The position numbers and the translations under genes were made by a program. From positions 947,268 to 1,011,267 of the forward strand of contig CAWCSR010000003.1 in NCBI GenBank assembly GCA_963798285.1: a DNA stretch of 64,000 nucleotides, written 5' to 3'. The notes under the pieces were generated by a model, which did no database searches, was not told the origin of the DNA, and worked only from the letters and a program-made list of their open reading frames with translations. Positions 60,333 through 64,000 of this stretch are shown here, one piece after another (within the stretch, counting starts at the first letter, position 1; every line of letters begins with the position of its first letter). The stretch comes from an uncultured Thermoleophilia bacterium. GTDB lineage: Bacteria; Actinomycetota; Thermoleophilia; UBA2241.

Positions 60333-62185
60333 TCCTCCACCGCGCGCCCGTCGCCGCGCCGCTTCAGCAGCACCACGACGAGGGCGCCGCCGAACGCCAC
60401 CACCAAGCCGATGACGTACCACATCGTGCTGGAGATGCCGCCGCCACCGCTCGCGGCCGCGGCGGCCGCCTTGGGCTTGAGCTCGATGTAGCTCTGACGG
60501 TCGATCATGCTGGCCCACACGCTGCCGCCCACGTAGGGCCGCCAGCCGTCCCAGCGCGAAGTGTCCACGGCCTGCAGCACCGATGGGTAGTCGATGACGA
60601 TCATCGGCTGCTCGGCGTACATCACGGCCTGGGCCTGCTTGAGCAGGTCCATCCGCTTGGCGGTGTCCATCTCGCGGTACTGGGCGGCGGTGAGCCTGTC
60701 GTACTCCGCGTTCGACCAGTTCATCTCGTTGTAGTTGCCGATCTGGTCGGTGGTGAAGCAGGCGGCCGAGTCGCCGGGGTCGATGTAGCCCATGAAGTCC
60801 CAGAGGGCGAGGTCGTAGTCGGGCGCGTACGTGCTTCCCTTGTAGTTCCAGATGGCGTCGCCCAGCGCGCCCTCATCGACCACCGACAGCTTGACGTCGA
60901 GCCCGAGCTGCTTGAGCCAGCCGGCGATGAGCTTGCCCTGGACCTGGCTCTCCGGCGAGATGTCGCGCGCGAAGAGCCGCAGCGAGATGTCCTTGCCGCC
61001 GTTCTTGGGGTCGTTGCGCACGCCGTCGCCGTCGGTGTCCTTGTAGCCGGCGGCGTCCATGAGCTGGCTGGCCTTCGCCGGGTCGAAGCCGATGGCCTGC
61101 GCCGCATCCGGCTGGTAGTAGGGGTCGGCGCTCGCCGGCCAGCCCTTCTGGGGGAAGATGCCGTACCCGGCCTGCGCGTACCCGCTCCACCCCAGCGCGG
61201 CGCACTTCGCGCGGTCGATGGCCCAGGCCATCGCGACCCGGAACTTCGGGTCCTTGAGCGCCGGATTGCCCAGCGAGTCCGGGCTGTCGTAGCAGTTGAC
61301 GTCGATGTACTCCCAGTTGTAGAGCGGGTAGGCGATCGTCTCGATGCCCGGCTCGCCCTCGAGGCGCTTGAACTGCTCGGGCGGGATGACCTGGGCGCCG
61401 TCGATGGTCCCGCTCTTGAGGTCCTGCACCATGGTGTCGTCGTTCGTGTAGTACTCGAAGATCACCTCGTCGATGGTCGGCTGCGTGCCCCAGTAGGTGG
61501 GGTTGCGCACCATCTTCACGTAGTCATCCTTCTTGAACTCCACCGTCTGGAACGGCCCGGAGCCGACGATCGGCGTGGGGTTGCGGAAGGTGTTGGCCAG
61601 CTGGCTCGCGCTCAGCTTGCCCCAGATGTGCTCGGGCAGGACGTAGATGTAGATCTGCGTCGTCAGCATGTTCGCCTTGGGCTGGGTGCAGTACACCTTG
61701 AGCGTCGTGTCGTCGACGGCCACCGCCCTGGACACGCCCTTGAGGTAGACGGCAGGGCTGAGGTCGTCCTTGATGATGGTGTTGAAGGTCCAGGCGACGT
61801 CCGCGGCGGTCAGCGGCCGGCCGTCCTGCCACTTGACGCCGGGCCGGAGGTGGAATGTCCACGTCTTCTGGTCGGGCGAGAGCTGCCAGTCCTGCGCCAG
61901 GCCGGTCGCCTTGGAGGGCAGGCCGTCGGAACCGATGCCGACGAGCGTGTCGTAGTTCAGCATCCAGATCTCGTAGGACGTGCTGTAGCCGATGAAGGGG
62001 TTGAGGTTGAGCGGCCCTTCGTTCCAGCCGAGGCGCAGGACGACCTTGCCGGCATCCGGCGACGGTGAGCTGCTGGCGCCGGCGAACGAGGCGCCCGCGG
62101 CCAGAAGGACGACCAGGACGGCGGCGGCGATGACGGCGAGGACGACCTTCTGCCGCCCGTGCCCGGCGATGTGGCTGGTGCCCAT
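60329..62185 (-). CDS. ABC transporter substrate-binding protein, family 5, with C-terminal TM anchor
   Basis: Signal peptide. SBP_bac_5 core. C-terminal …AAAAAASGGGGISSTMWYVIGLVVAFGGALVVVLLKRRG. Intact; 618 aa. Confidence 0.8.
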   Translation of the reverse strand: MGTSHIAGHGRQKVVLAVIAAAVLVVLLAAGASFAGASSSPSPDAGKVVLRLGWNEGPLNLNPFIGYSTSYEIWMLNYDTLVGIGSDGLPSKATGLAQDWQLSPDQKTWTFHLRPGVKWQDGRPLTAADVAWTFNTIIKDDLSPAVYLKGVSRAVAVDDTTLKVYCTQPKANMLTTQIYIYVLPEHIWGKLSASQLANTFRNPTPIVGSGPFQTVEFKKDDYVKMVRNPTYWGTQPTIDEVIFEYYTNDDTMVQDLKSGTIDGAQVIPPEQFKRLEGEPGIETIAYPLYNWEYIDVNCYDSPDSLGNPALKDPKFRVAMAWAIDRAKCAALGWSGYAQAGYGIFPQKGWPASADPYYQPDAAQAIGFDPAKASQLMDAAGYKDTDGDGVRNDPKNGGKDISLRLFARDISPESQVQGKLIAGWLKQLGLDVKLSVVDEGALGDAIWNYKGSTYAPDYDLALWDFMGYIDPGDSAACFTTDQIGNYNEMNWSNAEYDRLTAAQYREMDTAKRMDLLKQAQAVMYAEQPMIVIDYPSVLQAVDTSRWDGWRPYVGGSVWASMIDRQSYIELKPKAAAAAASGGGGISSTMWYVIGLVVAFGGALVVVLLKRRGDGRAVEE

Positions 62186-62394
62186 GTGACGAACCCCCAG
62201 ATGCTGCGTGTCGCGCCGGCGGACGAAGCCGGAGCGGCGCTCCAGATGCCGGGACGCTATGCGGGCGGGCGCACGTCGTCAAGACCACTCGCCTACGTTG
62301 TCCTCAGTGCCGGGCATCACTATGGTGGAGGCGCTACGCGTGCGATCCATCGAGGGAGCCGGACAATGGCATGTGCTCCGCAGGAGGTCGCGAG

Positions 62395-63768
62395 ATGACG
62401 GACGTTCCCGAGACCCGCTGGGCCAGGACGGTCGACGGCGCCTGCATCGCCTACCAGGACCTCGGTTCGGGTCCCGTCACGCTCCTCGTCGTCCATGGTT
62501 GGGTCTCGCACCTCGAGGTGTACTGGGAGCAGCCACGCTACGTGCGCTTCCTGAAGCGACTGTCGCGGAATCTGCGGGTGCTCGTGTTCGACAAGCGCGG
62601 CATCGGGATGTCCGACCGAGTGGCCGGATCGCCGGACCTCGGCGTGCTGCTCGACGATGTCCGCGCCGTGCTGGACGCCGCGGGCGTAGAGAGAGCGGCC
62701 CTGTTGGGCTGGGGCGGGCCGGGTCCGGAGCTCGCCGCGTTCTTCGCCGCGACCTACCCCGAGCGCACCGTCTGCCTGTCCCTCTTCGGCGACCTCCACG
62801 AACGGAAGGAGCCTGACTACCCGTGGGGCGAGACCCCGCAGAGATTCGAGGAGGGCCTGGCCCGCGATCTCAGATCTTGGGGCACCCTCGCCGGGGCCGC
62901 CGATTTCGTGCGCAGCGGGTACCTGGACGGGCCCCCTGCTTCGCCCCCCTACAACGACCAGGAGTTCCTGAGATGGAACGCGAAGCTCGCCCGCTACGCG
63001 GCCACGCCGGCGAGCTACGAGGAGTTCTCGCGCATGTGGTTCGGCACCGATGTGCGCCCCGCGCTGCGGGCGATCTCCGCGCCGACCGCCGTCTTCTTCG
63101 CCGAAGATGAGCCGGAGGACGAGAGTTTCGCTCGCCATCAGGCAGGCCTGATCCCGGGAGCGCGGGCAGTGCCCGTCGCCACCACGACCGAAGTCATCTG
63201 GGTTCCCGAGCCCGAGGCGATCGTCGTGGGGATCGAACGGTTCATCGACTCGGTGCGCCGGGAGGAGGCGGAGCTCGACCGCATGCTCGCCACGATCCTG
63301 TTCACCGACATCGTCGGCTCGACGGACAAAGCCTGTGCGGTCGGCGACGTCGGCTGGACAGGACTGCTCGAGAAACACAACACCACCGTGCGCGCCTTCC
63401 TCGCCAGATACCGCGGCAAAGAGATCAAGGCGACCGGCGACGGCTTCCTCGCCACCTTCGACGGGCCCGCCCGAGCGGTGAAATGTGCCCAAGGCATCTG
63501 CGAGGCGGTGAAGCCCTTGGGCATCGAGGTGCGCGCCGGCTGCCACACGGGGGAGATCGAGCTGCTGGGCGCCGACGTCGGCGGCATCGCCGTGCACATC
63601 GGCGCCCGGGTCGGCGCCCTGGCCGGACCCTCGGAGGTCCTCGTCACGTCGACTGTGAAAGACCTCGTGGCGGGCTCCGGTCTTGCCTTCATCGATCGGG
63701 GGGCACACCACCTGAAGGGCATGCCTGACGCGTGGCAACTGTACGCGCTGGCCGCGGACTCCAGCTAG
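62395..63768 (+). CDS. alpha/beta-hydrolase–class III adenylyl/guanylyl cyclase fusion (LipJ-like)
   Basis: N-terminal alpha/beta hydrolase (…LLVVHGWVSH…LLGWGGPG…). C-terminal cyclase domain (LATILFTDIVGSTD…KATGDGFLATF…). Confidence 0.75.
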   Translation: MTDVPETRWARTVDGACIAYQDLGSGPVTLLVVHGWVSHLEVYWEQPRYVRFLKRLSRNLRVLVFDKRGIGMSDRVAGSPDLGVLLDDVRAVLDAAGVERAALLGWGGPGPELAAFFAATYPERTVCLSLFGDLHERKEPDYPWGETPQRFEEGLARDLRSWGTLAGAADFVRSGYLDGPPASPPYNDQEFLRWNAKLARYAATPASYEEFSRMWFGTDVRPALRAISAPTAVFFAEDEPEDESFARHQAGLIPGARAVPVATTTEVIWVPEPEAIVVGIERFIDSVRREEAELDRMLATILFTDIVGSTDKACAVGDVGWTGLLEKHNTTVRAFLARYRGKEIKATGDGFLATFDGPARAVKCAQGICEAVKPLGIEVRAGCHTGEIELLGADVGGIAVHIGARVGALAGPSEVLVTSTVKDLVAGSGLAFIDRGAHHLKGMPDAWQLYALAADSS

Positions 63769-63816
63769 CAGGAAACCTGATCGCCGGCTTCTCCAGCGAT
63801 CGTGGAGGGAGGGACG

Positions 63817-64000
63817 ATGAGCGAGATGACACCTGCCGACCGGAAGGCACTGGAGCGCACGCCGCTGTTCCAGACGCTGCCGCGACGACACCGGAAGCGG
63901 GTCGCGGAGCTCGCCACCGTGAAGCGCTACGGCAACGACGAGGCCATCATGCGGGAGGGTGAGCCTGGTGATTCGTTCATCGTGATGCTGAGTGGCGACG
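63817..64000 (+). CDS. cyclic-nucleotide-binding domain protein (3' end outside the window)
   Basis: ATG after GGAGGGAGGG. …LFQTLPRRHRKRVAELATVKRYGNDEAIMREGEPGDSFIVMLSGD fits the cNMP-binding beta-roll start. Confidence 0.6.
   Translation, partial: MSEMTPADRKALERTPLFQTLPRRHRKRVAELATVKRYGNDEAIMREGEPGDSFIVMLSGD

Overview
This is a very high-GC (~70%) actinobacterial chromosomal window with about 56 protein genes and one initiator-type tRNA-Met. From the start it contains: (i) a molybdenum/tungsten-cofactor island: a MobB-like fragment, an aldehyde dehydrogenase, modABC, mobB, a two-subunit pyrogallol-transhydroxylase-like (DMSO-reductase superfamily) molybdoenzyme, and tatA; (ii) a conserved housekeeping block on the minus strand: ispF-ispD-yacL(PIN/TRAM)-carD-radA-clpC, an MMPL transporter, lysS-greA-dus-coaX-nadC-nadB-folK-folB-folP-folE-ftsH-hpt-tilS, an aquaporin and tRNA-fMet; (iii) an NlpC/P60 hydrolase, a tungsten-type aldehyde:ferredoxin oxidoreductase, alanine dehydrogenase, a beta-lactamase-like hydrolase, an SDR oxidoreductase and a PucR regulator; (iv) a 21.6-kb same-strand catabolic/uptake array: three paralogous family-5 solute-binding proteins with C-terminal transmembrane anchors, an Opp/Dpp-type ABC transporter, D-aminoacylase, a C45 Ntn-hydrolase, an MttB-family methyltransferase, a DmpA aminopeptidase, an MtrH/AcsE-like pterin methyltransferase, an aldehyde dehydrogenase and a PHP phosphatase; (v) a LipJ-like alpha/beta-hydrolase–adenylyl-cyclase fusion next to a cNMP-binding protein. 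Roughly 20 genes carry one or more frameshifts (ftsH, lysS, clpC, carD, ispF, folE, tilS, hpt, greA and others). Because these are essential single-copy genes in conserved synteny, this most likely reflects assembly or sequencing indel errors rather than real pseudogenes. No CRISPR arrays or obvious mobile elements were found.
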